DNA of 32,000 bases from Candidatus Saccharimonadota bacterium (GTDB taxonomy: Bacteria > Bacteroidota > Bacteroidia > Flavobacteriales > Blattabacteriaceae), in assembly GCF_033372575.1 (NCBI RefSeq), contig NZ_CP104094.1, positions 52,987-84,986 on the forward strand, given 5' to 3'. Below the pieces are notes generated by a model. It was not told where the DNA came from. It searched no databases and worked only from the letters and a program-made list of their open reading frames with translations. Positions 1-8,785 of this stretch are shown here, piece after piece (position 1 is the stretch's first letter; every line of letters starts with the position of its first letter). Position numbers and translations under genes: made by a program.

Positions 1-468
1 ACCGTTTTCCCCATGTAAATAACCATAAGCATATTTATTTTTTATTTCTATTAAAGAAGATTTTTTATTATTATCTTTTATTGAATTAATTATTACATAA
101 GATAAATTATTTTTTTTTGCCCACATTATATACATTCTTTCTAGAATTTCTACCCAATTATAACTATCTTTTCCACCAATACCAGTCTTTATTTTAATTA
201 AAGCATTAAATTTATATTTTTTAGGAAATATTATTTCTTTTAATTTTTCTATTAATTTATAAATTTTTTTTTTATATATATTTATTTCATATTTAATATT
301 ATTATTTTCAAATAAATTATATAATAATTTTATATCTTTATTAATTGACATAATAATATTATAAATTTTTATTATTTTTTTATGTTTATTTAATTTTCTT
401 AATTTTTCTATATTTATTATATTTTTTATATTATTAATTGTAATATTTATATCGTCATTTATAAACAT
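1..468 (-). CDS. prfB: Peptide chain release factor 2, N-terminal ~156 codons (gene continues past the window start)
   Basis: Manual minus-strand translation from the ATG at 466-468 runs uninterrupted to the window edge: MFINDDINITINN...FNALIKIKTGIGGKDSYNWVEILERMYIMWAKKNNLSYVIINSIKDNNKKSSLIEIKNKYAYGYLHGENG. This matches the RF2 block (A)GAGG.E.QDW..ML.RMY..WA...G.KS...G..AYG.L..E.G(VHR). It is missing from the ORF track, probably because it is open-ended. Confidence 0.8.
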   Translation of the reverse strand, partial: MFINDDINITINNIKNIINIEKLRKLNKHKKIIKIYNIIMSINKDIKLLYNLFENNNIKYEINIYKKKIYKLIEKLKEIIFPKKYKFNALIKIKTGIGGKDSYNWVEILERMYIMWAKKNNLSYVIINSIKDNNKKSSLIEIKNKYAYGYLHGENG

Positions 469-472
469 ATAA

Positions 473-561
473 CGGAGAGAGAGGGATTCGAACCCCCGTA
501 AGAATTAATATTCTTAAACGGTTTTCAAGACCGTCGCATTTAACCACTCTGCCATCTCTCC
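473..561 (-). tRNA. tRNA-Ser (anticodon UGA), long variable arm, no encoded CCA
   Basis: The reverse complement is GGAGAGATGGCAGAGTGGTTAAATGCGACGGTCTTGAAAACCG...GGGGGTTCGAATCCCTCTCTCTCCG. The acceptor pairs 7 bp, the anticodon loop is CT-TGA-AA, there is a long extra arm, and the T-loop is TTCGAAT. Confidence 0.9.
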
Positions 562-563
562 TT

Positions 564-636
564 TGACGTAAGGGGGAGTTGAACCCCCGACATTTGGGTT
601 ATGAAACCAATACTCTACCACTGAGTTATTACGTCT
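564..636 (-). tRNA. tRNA with CAU anticodon (elongator Met or lysidine-Ile2; identity not resolvable by eye)
   Basis: The reverse complement is GACGTAATAACTCAGTGGTAGAGTATTGGTTTCATAACCCAAATGTCGGGGGTTCAACTCCCCCTTACGTC. The acceptor is GACGTAA/TTACGTC, the anticodon loop is TT-CAT-AA, and the 1:72 pair is closed (G:C), so it is not an initiator. Confidence 0.8.
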
Positions 637-658
637 TTATATAGTATAATATAATAAA

Positions 659-1816
659 ATGTATAATAAAAATATATTAATAGGAGTATTTAAAAATTTT
701 AAATATAAATCGGTAGAATATTTAAATGAATTAGAAAATCTTTTAAAGGTATTTAATGGTAAAGTAAAAAAAAAATTTTTACAAAGAAGATTTAAACCAC
801 ATAATTTAACATATGTAGGTAAAGGTTTTTTAAAAAAAGTTGCTTTATATGTTAAGGAAAATTTAATTGATACTGTTATATTTGATGATGAATTAACATT
901 AAGTCAAATAAAAAATATTGAAAAAGAAATAAAATGTATAATATCTGATAGAACTAAATTAATATTAGATATTTTTTTATATAAATCAAAAACATCATAT
1001 TCTAAAATGCAAATTAAATTGGCTCAATATGAATATTTATTACCTAGATTAACTCATATGTGGAGTCATTTAAAAAGACAAAAAGGTGGTATTGGATTAC
1101 GTGGACCTGGAGAAAAAGAAATAGAAACAGATAGAAGATTAATTAAAAATTCTATTTTGATATTAAAAAAAAAAATAAAAAAATTAAATAATCAATTATT
1201 AATTCAAAGAAAGAGAAGAAAAAATAAAGTATCAATATCATTAATTGGATATACGAATGTAGGTAAATCTACAATAATTAGTAAATTAACAAAAAAAAAA
1301 TTATTAATTGATAATAAATTTTTTACAACTTTAGATACTAAAGTAAATAATTATTATTTTAAAAATAAAATATTTTTAATAGTTGATACTATAGGATTTA
1401 TAAGAAAAATTCCTACTACATTAATAGAATCATTTAAATCTACTTTATTAGAAATAAAAAAATCAGACATTATTTTACATATAGTAGATATATCATCTAA
1501 TTTTGTAATTGATAAATTTTTATATATAATGAATTTTTTATTAAAATTAAATTTAATAAAAAAAAAAATAATAATTGTTTTTAATAAAATAGATAAAATA
1601 AAAAATTTTAATGTTTTATATATAAAAAATTTATTTAAAAATAAAAATTTATTATTAAAAAATAATTATATTTATTTTATTTATAAAAAAAAAAATAAAA
1701 TATATAAAAAAAAAATAAAATTCATATTTTTTACTAAACAAAATAATATATATATAAATAAATTAAAAGAATTAATTTTAATGGTCTCGGCTGGATTTGA
1801 ACCAGCGACCTCTTGA
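659..1816 (+). CDS. hflX: GTPase HflX
   Basis: 385-aa ORF. It has the HflX N-domain signature (LAQYEYLLPRLTHMWSHLKRQKGGIGLRGPGEKEIETDRRLI) followed by the G-domain motifs GYTNVGKST and DTIGF. The first stop is a TGA lying inside the antisense tRNA at 1782-1856. Confidence 0.9.
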   Translation: MYNKNILIGVFKNFKYKSVEYLNELENLLKVFNGKVKKKFLQRRFKPHNLTYVGKGFLKKVALYVKENLIDTVIFDDELTLSQIKNIEKEIKCIISDRTKLILDIFLYKSKTSYSKMQIKLAQYEYLLPRLTHMWSHLKRQKGGIGLRGPGEKEIETDRRLIKNSILILKKKIKKLNNQLLIQRKRRKNKVSISLIGYTNVGKSTIISKLTKKKLLIDNKFFTTLDTKVNNYYFKNKIFLIVDTIGFIRKIPTTLIESFKSTLLEIKKSDIILHIVDISSNFVIDKFLYIMNFLLKLNLIKKKIIIVFNKIDKIKNFNVLYIKNLFKNKNLLLKNNYIYFIYKKKNKIYKKKIKFIFFTKQNNIYINKLKELILMVSAGFEPATS

Positions 1817-1856
1817 TTATGAGTCAAGTGCTATAACCAAACTAAGCTACGAGACC
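1782..1856 (-). tRNA. tRNA with CAU anticodon, probably tRNA-Ile2 (lysidine) or else elongator Met
   Basis: The reverse complement is GGTCTCGTAGCTTAGTTTGGTTATAGCACTTGACTCATAATCAAGAGGTCGCTGGTTCAAATCCAGCCGAGACC. The anticodon loop is CT-CAT-AA. The segment GACTCATAATC...GGTCGCTGGTTCAA.TCCAGC resembles E. coli ileX as I recall it. Confidence 0.8.
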
Positions 1857-1866
1857 AATAATATAT

Positions 1867-1911
1867 ATTAATATAATATTAATATAATATTAATATAATA
1901 ATTAATATAAT
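1867..1911. repeat. Short tandem repeat, ATTAATATAAT x3 plus one 12-nt variant
   Basis: Read directly from the sequence. It lies in the spacer between the ileS stop and the downstream tRNA(CAU). Confidence 0.6.
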
Positions 1912-1917
1912 AATATA

Positions 1918-4900
1918 TTAATTTTTAATTATATCAAAATATATTTTTTTATTATTATAAATAATAAAATATTTATTATTAATATTTTTATAAATTATTT
2001 TGTTAGTTAATGTATCTTTACTAATAATATTATTATATTTAAAAATTATTTTAAATATATAATATTTAATATTTTTATTTATAATAATATTAATTTTATC
2101 AGTTAAAAAATAATTTTTTTCTTTTCTTAAAATTTGAATTTTTCTAATTAAATCTCTAATAAAACATTCATTTTTTAAATCATTAGTAATATTTATATCT
2201 AAAATAATAATAATATTATTTTTAGAATACATAATAATATTATTATTTATATTTTCATGCTCTATAAAAATTTCATTTAATTTAATTTTTATTTTATTAT
2301 TTTTAATATTTAAATTGATATATTTATTATTATAAAATTTTTCTATTTCTTTTTGATTTAATTTATTTAATAATTCAGAAATTTTATTAATATTATTTTT
2401 ATATTTTGGACCTAATATTTTATAATTTAATTTTATTTTTTTTTTTATATATTTTTTTATTTTATTAATATTTATAAAATTAATATTTTTAATATTAACT
2501 TCATTTTTTAATAAATTTATAATTTCTTTATTTTTAAAAAATTTATTATTATGTTTATTTTTTACTATATATACATTATTTAAAGGTTGTCTAACTTTTA
2601 TATTTTTTTTTTTTCTTAAAGATAATATAATAGTAGAATATTTTTTAATATATAACATATTTTTTTCTATAGAATAATTAATATATTTATTTTTATATTT
2701 TGGAAATGATTGTAATATTATATTTACTTTATTTTTTTTTTCAATATAATATAATTTTTTATTTAAATATTCCATAACAAATGGAGATATTGGATAAGAT
2801 ATTTTAAATATTTGTTTTAAACATATATATAAAATATTATAAGCTGATATTTTATCATTATCATATTTTTTTTTCCAAAATCTTTTTCTTGATAATCTAA
2901 TATACCAATTACTTAAATCATTAATAACAAAATTATATATATTTCTAGCTATAGAAGTAATATTATATAATTTATAATTTTTATAAGTTTTTAATAATAA
3001 TTTATTAATCTTTGATAATATCCAATAATCAATATATTTTTTTTTATATTTATCTTTAATATTAAAATTATCAATTTTAGAATAATTATAAAAAAATATA
3101 AATATATTATATAATGTATTAAAAAATTTATTTTTTATTTTTTTTATATTATTAATATTAAATTTTAAATTTTCCCATGGTAAATTATTATAAACCATAT
3201 ACCATCTTATACAATCTGGTCCATATTTTTTAATAATTTTAAATGGATCTATTGTATTTCCTTTACTTTTTGACATTTTTTTACCATTTTTATCTAAAAT
3301 TATTCCTAATGGTAATACATTTTTATAAGATATAGAATTTGAAATAATAGTTGATATAGTATGTAATGTAAAAAACCAACCTCTAGTTTGATCAATACCT
3401 TCTGTTATAAAATCATAAGGTAATATTAATTTTTTTTTTTTAAAAGGATAATTATGTTGAGCATAAGGAGAAACTCCAGAATCAAACCATACATCAATTA
3501 CATCTGGTTCTCTATACATTTTTTTATCTTTTTTTGAAGATAAAATAATATTATCAATAAAATGTTTATGTAAATCAATATTATTTTTTAAAGGATTTAT
3601 TTTCATAAATCCTAATTTTATTGATTTTTTAATTTCTTTATTTAATTCTTTTAATGATCCTATAACTATAAATTCTTTTTCATTTTTAGTTTTCCATATT
3701 GGTAATGGAGTTCCCCAAAATCTAGATCTTGAAATATTCCAATTTTTTATATTTTTTAACCAATTTTTAAATTTATTTTTTATAAAATTAGTAGAACACC
3801 AATTTATATTATTACTTAATTTAATTAATTTATTTTTTATTTTTTTTAAATTTATAAACCATGATTTTATTGGATAATATATAATTGGTTTATTAGTTCT
3901 CCAACAATGTGGATATAAATGTTTATATTTTTTTATTTTTAATATTTTTTTTTTTTTTTTTAAATATTTTATTATTATTTTATCTACTGAAAATTTTTTA
4001 TTTTTATAATATTCTTTTTTAATATATTTTCCCCCCAATCCTAATGGAACTTGTTTTATAAATTTACCATTATTATCTACTATAGGATAGAAATTATCAA
4101 TATTATTTAATTTAGCTATTTCAAAATCTTCTTTACCATAATTTGGTGCTATATGTATAATACCTGTACCTACGTTTTTTTTTATTATATTCAATGTATC
4201 ATTAATTATTAAAAAATTATTTTTTTTATTATCTATTGGTTTAAACCATTTAATTAATTGTTTATATTTTAAACCAATTAATTTTTTACCTAAAAATTTT
4301 AATAATATTTTATATTTTTTATTATTTAATATTTTTTTTATTGAATATTTAGATAAAATTATATAAATATATTTAAAATCATATATATTATATATTTTTA
4401 CTAAATAATAATACATATCATGTTTTACCAATAATGCAGAATTAGATGGTAAAGTCCATGGTGTTGTAGTCCAAGCTAATAAATATATATTTTTTTTTTT
4501 AAAAAAATTATTATTTTTTAACTCAAAAAATACATATATTGAAATATCAATAATTGGTTTATGAGTATATGGAAAATTAAGTTCTTGATAACTAATTGGT
4601 GTACCAGCTATAGGGGAATATGGTAATACTTTATATTCTTTATATAATAAATTTTTATTATATATTTTTTTTATTATCCACCAAATACTTTCTATATATT
4701 TATTAGAATAAGTAATATAATAATTTTTTTTATTAAAAAAATAACCAATATTATTAGTAAATTTTTTCCATATAATTAAATTTTTTTTTATAAATTTTTT
4801 ACAATTTTTATTGAATAATTTAACAGTAATTTTTTTTCCTATATCTTTTTTTTTAATTTTTAATAGTTTTTCAACTTCTATTTCAATAGGTAAACCATGA

Positions 4901-5127
4901 GTGTCCCATCCTAATTTAGATATTACTTTATAATTATTCATTGTATAAAATCTATATATAATATCTTTAATTATTCTAGCGAATATATGATGTACTCCTG
5001 GTTTTCCATTCATTGAAGGTGGACCATCCAATATAATAAATTTTTTTTTATTTTTTTTAGAATAAAATAAAATTTTTTTTTTTTTCCAATTATTAAATAT
5101 TTTTTTATAAATTTTATATAAATTCAC
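1918..5127 (-). CDS. ileS: Isoleucyl-tRNA synthetase (long, type-2/Bacteroidota-like form)
   Basis: Motifs: DGPPSMNGKPGVHH (HIGH region), KMSKSKGN (KMSKS) and WTTTPWTLPSN. The track ORF (to 5214) starts at a TTG inside tRNA-Glu, which is spurious. The first canonical in-frame start downstream of the tRNA is a GTG at 5125-5127. The true start may instead be an ATA or ATT codon at 5128-5157. Confidence 0.9.
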   Translation of the reverse strand: MNLYKIYKKIFNNWKKKKILFYSKKNKKKFIILDGPPSMNGKPGVHHIFARIIKDIIYRFYTMNNYKVISKLGWDTHGLPIEIEVEKLLKIKKKDIGKKITVKLFNKNCKKFIKKNLIIWKKFTNNIGYFFNKKNYYITYSNKYIESIWWIIKKIYNKNLLYKEYKVLPYSPIAGTPISYQELNFPYTHKPIIDISIYVFFELKNNNFFKKKNIYLLAWTTTPWTLPSNSALLVKHDMYYYLVKIYNIYDFKYIYIILSKYSIKKILNNKKYKILLKFLGKKLIGLKYKQLIKWFKPIDNKKNNFLIINDTLNIIKKNVGTGIIHIAPNYGKEDFEIAKLNNIDNFYPIVDNNGKFIKQVPLGLGGKYIKKEYYKNKKFSVDKIIIKYLKKKKKILKIKKYKHLYPHCWRTNKPIIYYPIKSWFINLKKIKNKLIKLSNNINWCSTNFIKNKFKNWLKNIKNWNISRSRFWGTPLPIWKTKNEKEFIVIGSLKELNKEIKKSIKLGFMKINPLKNNIDLHKHFIDNIILSSKKDKKMYREPDVIDVWFDSGVSPYAQHNYPFKKKKLILPYDFITEGIDQTRGWFFTLHTISTIISNSISYKNVLPLGIILDKNGKKMSKSKGNTIDPFKIIKKYGPDCIRWYMVYNNLPWENLKFNINNIKKIKNKFFNTLYNIFIFFYNYSKIDNFNIKDKYKKKYIDYWILSKINKLLLKTYKNYKLYNITSIARNIYNFVINDLSNWYIRLSRKRFWKKKYDNDKISAYNILYICLKQIFKISYPISPFVMEYLNKKLYYIEKKNKVNIILQSFPKYKNKYINYSIEKNMLYIKKYSTIILSLRKKKNIKVRQPLNNVYIVKNKHNNKFFKNKEIINLLKNEVNIKNINFININKIKKYIKKKIKLNYKILGPKYKNNINKISELLNKLNQKEIEKFYNNKYINLNIKNNKIKIKLNEIFIEHENINNNIIMYSKNNIIIILDINITNDLKNECFIRDLIRKIQILRKEKNYFLTDKINIIINKNIKYYIFKIIFKYNNIISKDTLTNKIIYKNINNKYFIIYNNKKIYFDIIKN

Positions 5128-5156
5128 AATATTATAATTATATAAAATTTTTATTA

Positions 5157-5228
5157 TAGCCCATAGGGGAATTGAACCCCTCTTTCCAGAATGAAAATCT
5201 GACGTCCTAACCAATAGACTAATGGGCT
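5157..5228 (-). tRNA. tRNA-Glu (anticodon UUC)
   Basis: The reverse complement is AGCCCATTAGTCTATTGGTTAGGACGTCAGATTTTCATTCTGGAAAGAGGGGTTCAATTCCCCTATGGGCT. The anticodon stem is TCAGA/TCTGG and the loop is TT-TTC-AT. The ends are accurate to +/-1 nt. Confidence 0.85.
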
Positions 5229-5268
5229 ATATTATAAAATATATATAAAAAATAAATATGGATAATTT

Positions 5269-6525
5269 TTAATTTTTAATATGTTTATAATAATAACCTA
5301 GTTTTTTTAAATCTTTCCAAAAATTATGATAAGATTTATTAACAGTATTAGGATTTTTAATAATTATATTTTTATTTTTATATTTTATAGGTAAAATAGA
5401 AAATGCCATAGCTATTCTATGATCTTTATAAGTTTTTATAATAATATTATTTTTTTTAATATTTATAAATTTTATTATTTCTATAGAATCATTAGTAATA
5501 TAAGTAATAGTTCCAGTTTTTTTTAATTCATTATGTAAAGCTATTAATCTATCAGTTTCTTTAATTTTTAAAGTGTTTAATCCAGTTAATAAACATTTTA
5601 TTTTTAATAAAGAACATGTTAATATAATTGTAGGAGCTATATCAGGAGTAGATTTTAAATTTAAATTAATATATTTAGGAAATTTAAAGTTTTTTTTTTT
5701 TTTAATTATTATACTTTTATTTTTAAATTTAGTATTAATTCCAAAATATTTTTTATATATATTAGCTATTTTACTATCACCTTGTAAACTATTTTTATAA
5801 AATTTTTTTAATTTTAAAGTAATATTTTTTAAAAATGTAATTATAGAATAAAAATAAGATGCTGAACTCCAATCAGATTCTATATAATATTTTATATTAT
5901 TTTTAATATTTTTAATATTTTTTATATATATAATGTTATTTTTTAATTTTAATTTTATTTTTAATTTTTTTAAAATTTTTATAGTCATATTAATATACGA
6001 AAATGAAGTTTTATTATTTTTTAAAATTATTTTTAATCCTTTTTTTAATTTTGGACCTATTAAAATTAAAGAAGTAATATACTGACTACTAATATTTGAA
6101 TTAATACTAATTTCATTTTTATTTAATTTTTTTCCAATTATTTTGATTGGTGGATAACCTATTTTTTCAATATATTTTATATTTGCTCCTAATTTATTTA
6201 AAGCATCAACAAGATGAAAAATAGGTCTATTTTTCATTCTTTTTGTACCAGTTAAAATAACATTTTTATTATTTTGTATTGCGAAATAAGATATTAAAAA
6301 TCTCATTACTGTTCCAGCATCTTTAATATTAATTATTTTTTTATTTGATTTTAAAGAATTAATTAAAATTTTAGTATCTCTAGAATTAGATAAATTAAAT
6401 AATTTAATATTATTAAATAATTTATTAATTATTAATTATCTATTAGATTCACTTTTAGAACCATTAATATTAATATTAATATTTTTATTTTTAGGTTTAT
6501 TATATTTAATTTTTAAATAAATCAT
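5269..6525 (-). pseudogene. aroA: 3-phosphoshikimate 1-carboxyvinyltransferase (EPSP synthase), full-length frame of 418 codons interrupted by one in-frame TAA at 6436-6438 (codon 30)
   Basis: The track ORF 5269-6306 carries these motifs: KRMKNRPIFHLVDALNKLGA, SSQYITSLIL, ESDWSSASYF, LQGDSKI, KIKETDRL, DHRIAMAFS. Manual extension upstream in the same frame gives MIYLKIKYNKPKNKNININING-SKSESNR-*-LIINKLFNNIKLFNLSNSRDTKILINSLKSNKKIINIKDAGTVMRFL. The ATG at 6523-6525 overlaps the mnmG stop as TAATG. Confidence 0.85.
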
Positions 6526-8345
6526 TATTTTATATATATTATTAATATATTTATATCAGATGGTGTAATACCACTAATTCTAGATGCTTGACCTATTGAT
6601 AAAGGACGAAAATAATTTAATTTTTCTTGAGCTTCTTTTGATAATGATTTAATTTTAAAATAATTAAATTTTTTAGGAATTTTAAAATTTTCTAATTTTT
6701 TCATTAATTTAACTATTTTTTTTTCTTTTTTTATATAATATTCATATTTAATATAATTAGAGATTATATGTTTATATTTAATAATATATTTAATATTTTT
6801 TTTAATAAATTTATTATTTTTTAATAATTTAATTATATAATCAATAGTAATTTTAGGTATTAATAATAATTTTTTTATATTTATTTTTTTATTATTAAAA
6901 ATAATATTTTTATTTTTTAAATAATTAATAATTATTTTTATTTTTTTTTTTTTTTTAATTACTTTTTTAAAATTTTTTTTTTTTATAAGTCCTAATTTAT
7001 AACCTTTTTTAGTTAATCTAATATCTGCATTATCTTGTCTTAATAAAATTCTATATTCAGCTCTAGAAGTAAAAATTCTATAAGGTTCTTTAGTACCTTT
7101 ATTTACTAAATCATCAATTAAAACTCCTATATAAGATTCATTTCTTTTTAATATAAAAGGTTTTTTATTATTTATTTTTAAATAAGAATTTATACCTGCT
7201 ATTAAACCTTGACATGCTGCTTCTTCATAACCAGTAGTTCCATTTATTTGACCAGCAAAAAATAAATTATTAATTTTTTTTGTTTCTAATGTTAATTTTA
7301 ATTGTATAGGATTAAAGTAATCATATTCTACAGCATAACCATATTGTATAATTTTTACATTTTCTAATCCTTTTATAGTTTTTATTGATTTATATTGAAT
7401 ATTTTTAGGTAAACTAGTTGAAAAGCCATTAATATAAATAATATTGCTATTCCATCCATCTGGTTCAATAAATATTTGGTGTTTATTTTTATTTTTAAAT
7501 TTTAATACTTTATCTTCAATAGAAGGACAATATCTAGGGCCATTATTATTTATAATACCATTAAAAATAGGGGATTTATGAATATTTTTAATGATTATAT
7601 TATGAGTTTTAGGATTAGTAAATGTAATATAACATTTTTTTTGTTTTTTTAATTTTTTTTTTTTAAAAAATGAAAAATTATTATTATTTTTATCACCTTT
7701 TTGTTTTAATAATTTTTTAAAATTAATAGTATTTTTTAAAATTCTAGGTGATGTACCTGTTTTCATTTTATTATATATAATACCATGTTTTTTTAATTGT
7801 TCACTAATACCTATAGAAGATTTTTCATTTATTCTACCCCCATTATAAGATTTATTTCCAATACATATTTTACCATTTAAAAATGTACCATTAGTTAATA
7901 TTACTGATTTACTAAATATTTTATTATTATTTTTAGTTATTACACCTAAAATAATTTTATTTTTAATAATTAATTTAATTACTATATCTTGTAAAATATT
8001 TATTTTTTTTTTTTTTAATATTTTTAAAATATTTTTAATATATAATTTTCTATCTATTTGTGCTCTTGGACTCCACATTGCTGGCCCTTTAGATTTATTT
8101 AACATTCTAAATTGTATCATAGAATTATCAGCTAATTTTCCCATATAACCACCTAATGCATCAATTTCTCTTACTATTTGACCTTTTCCTATACCACCAA
8201 TAGAAGGATTACATGACATTTTTCCAATAGAATTAATATTCATAGTAATTAATAAAGAATTAGCCCCTAATTTATAGGAAGCTAATATAGCTTCTATTCC
8301 TGAATGTCCACCACCAACTATTATAATATCATATTTTTTATTCAT
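6525..8345 (-). CDS. mnmG: tRNA uridine 5-carboxymethylaminomethyl modification enzyme MnmG (GidA)
   Basis: 606 aa. It has the FAD motif YDIIIVGGGHSGIEA, plus GPRYCPSIEDK, FFAGQINGTTGYEEAA and RPLSIGQASRISGITPSDI. Confidence 0.95.
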   Translation of the reverse strand: MNKKYDIIIVGGGHSGIEAILASYKLGANSLLITMNINSIGKMSCNPSIGGIGKGQIVREIDALGGYMGKLADNSMIQFRMLNKSKGPAMWSPRAQIDRKLYIKNILKILKKKKINILQDIVIKLIIKNKIILGVITKNNNKIFSKSVILTNGTFLNGKICIGNKSYNGGRINEKSSIGISEQLKKHGIIYNKMKTGTSPRILKNTINFKKLLKQKGDKNNNNFSFFKKKKLKKQKKCYITFTNPKTHNIIIKNIHKSPIFNGIINNNGPRYCPSIEDKVLKFKNKNKHQIFIEPDGWNSNIIYINGFSTSLPKNIQYKSIKTIKGLENVKIIQYGYAVEYDYFNPIQLKLTLETKKINNLFFAGQINGTTGYEEAACQGLIAGINSYLKINNKKPFILKRNESYIGVLIDDLVNKGTKEPYRIFTSRAEYRILLRQDNADIRLTKKGYKLGLIKKKNFKKVIKKKKKIKIIINYLKNKNIIFNNKKINIKKLLLIPKITIDYIIKLLKNNKFIKKNIKYIIKYKHIISNYIKYEYYIKKEKKIVKLMKKLENFKIPKKFNYFKIKSLSKEAQEKLNYFRPLSIGQASRISGITPSDINILIIYIK

Positions 8346-8785
8346 ATAAAATTTAATTTTGATTTTTTAAAAAAATATTTATAAAAATAAAAATTTTGTT
8401 TATAATTCATAATTTTTAAAGATTTTTTATCAATATCATTATAACCAATTAAATGTAATATAGAGTGAATAATTACTATTTTAATTTCTGTATCAAAACC
8501 TTGTTTCCATATAATAGAATTATATAATACTTGATCATAACTAATAAAAATATCTCCGTATAATATATTTTTATTATTCGAATAATTAAAACTAATAGTA
8601 TCAGTATAATAGGATTTATTTAAAAATTTACTATTTATTTCTAATATATATTTATTATTACAAAATATATAATTTACTTTATAAAGTTTTTTATTTTCTT
8701 TATAAATAATTTTTTTAATAATTTGTTTAATTTGTTTAATATTATAAATAGTAATTTTTTTATTATAAATAAAAAATTTAATCAT
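8342..8785 (-). CDS. ybeY: rRNA maturation endoribonuclease YbeY
   Basis: 147 aa with the zinc motif HSILHLIGYND (H-x3-H-x5-[HD]-like). Its TGA stop overlaps the mnmG ATG as ATGA. Confidence 0.85.
   Translation of the reverse strand: MIKFFIYNKKITIYNIKQIKQIIKKIIYKENKKLYKVNYIFCNNKYILEINSKFLNKSYYTDTISFNYSNNKNILYGDIFISYDQVLYNSIIWKQGFDTEIKIVIIHSILHLIGYNDIDKKSLKIMNYKQNFYFYKYFFKKSKLNFI

Noticed and set aside
400-468. Programmed +1 frameshift site near the 5' end of prfB
   Set aside because: I translated codon by codon from the ATG to the window edge and found one continuous frame with no internal TGA. There is no frameshift site in the part visible here.
5128-5214. N-terminal extension of ileS (MVRTSDFHSGKRGSIPLWA...) starting at a TTG
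   Set aside because: These codons are simply the sequence of tRNA-Glu read as protein. The same artefact occurs for the DUF2797 ORF (TTG at 25296-25298 inside tRNA-Asn) and for the tyrS extension 29463-29522, which would overlap tsaD.
5573-5800. 75-aa plus-strand ORF from the track
   Set aside because: It lies entirely antisense within the well-conserved aroA frame. Its Phe/Leu/Ile-rich sequence is just the mirror image of Lys/Asn/Ile codons. It has no recognisable motif.
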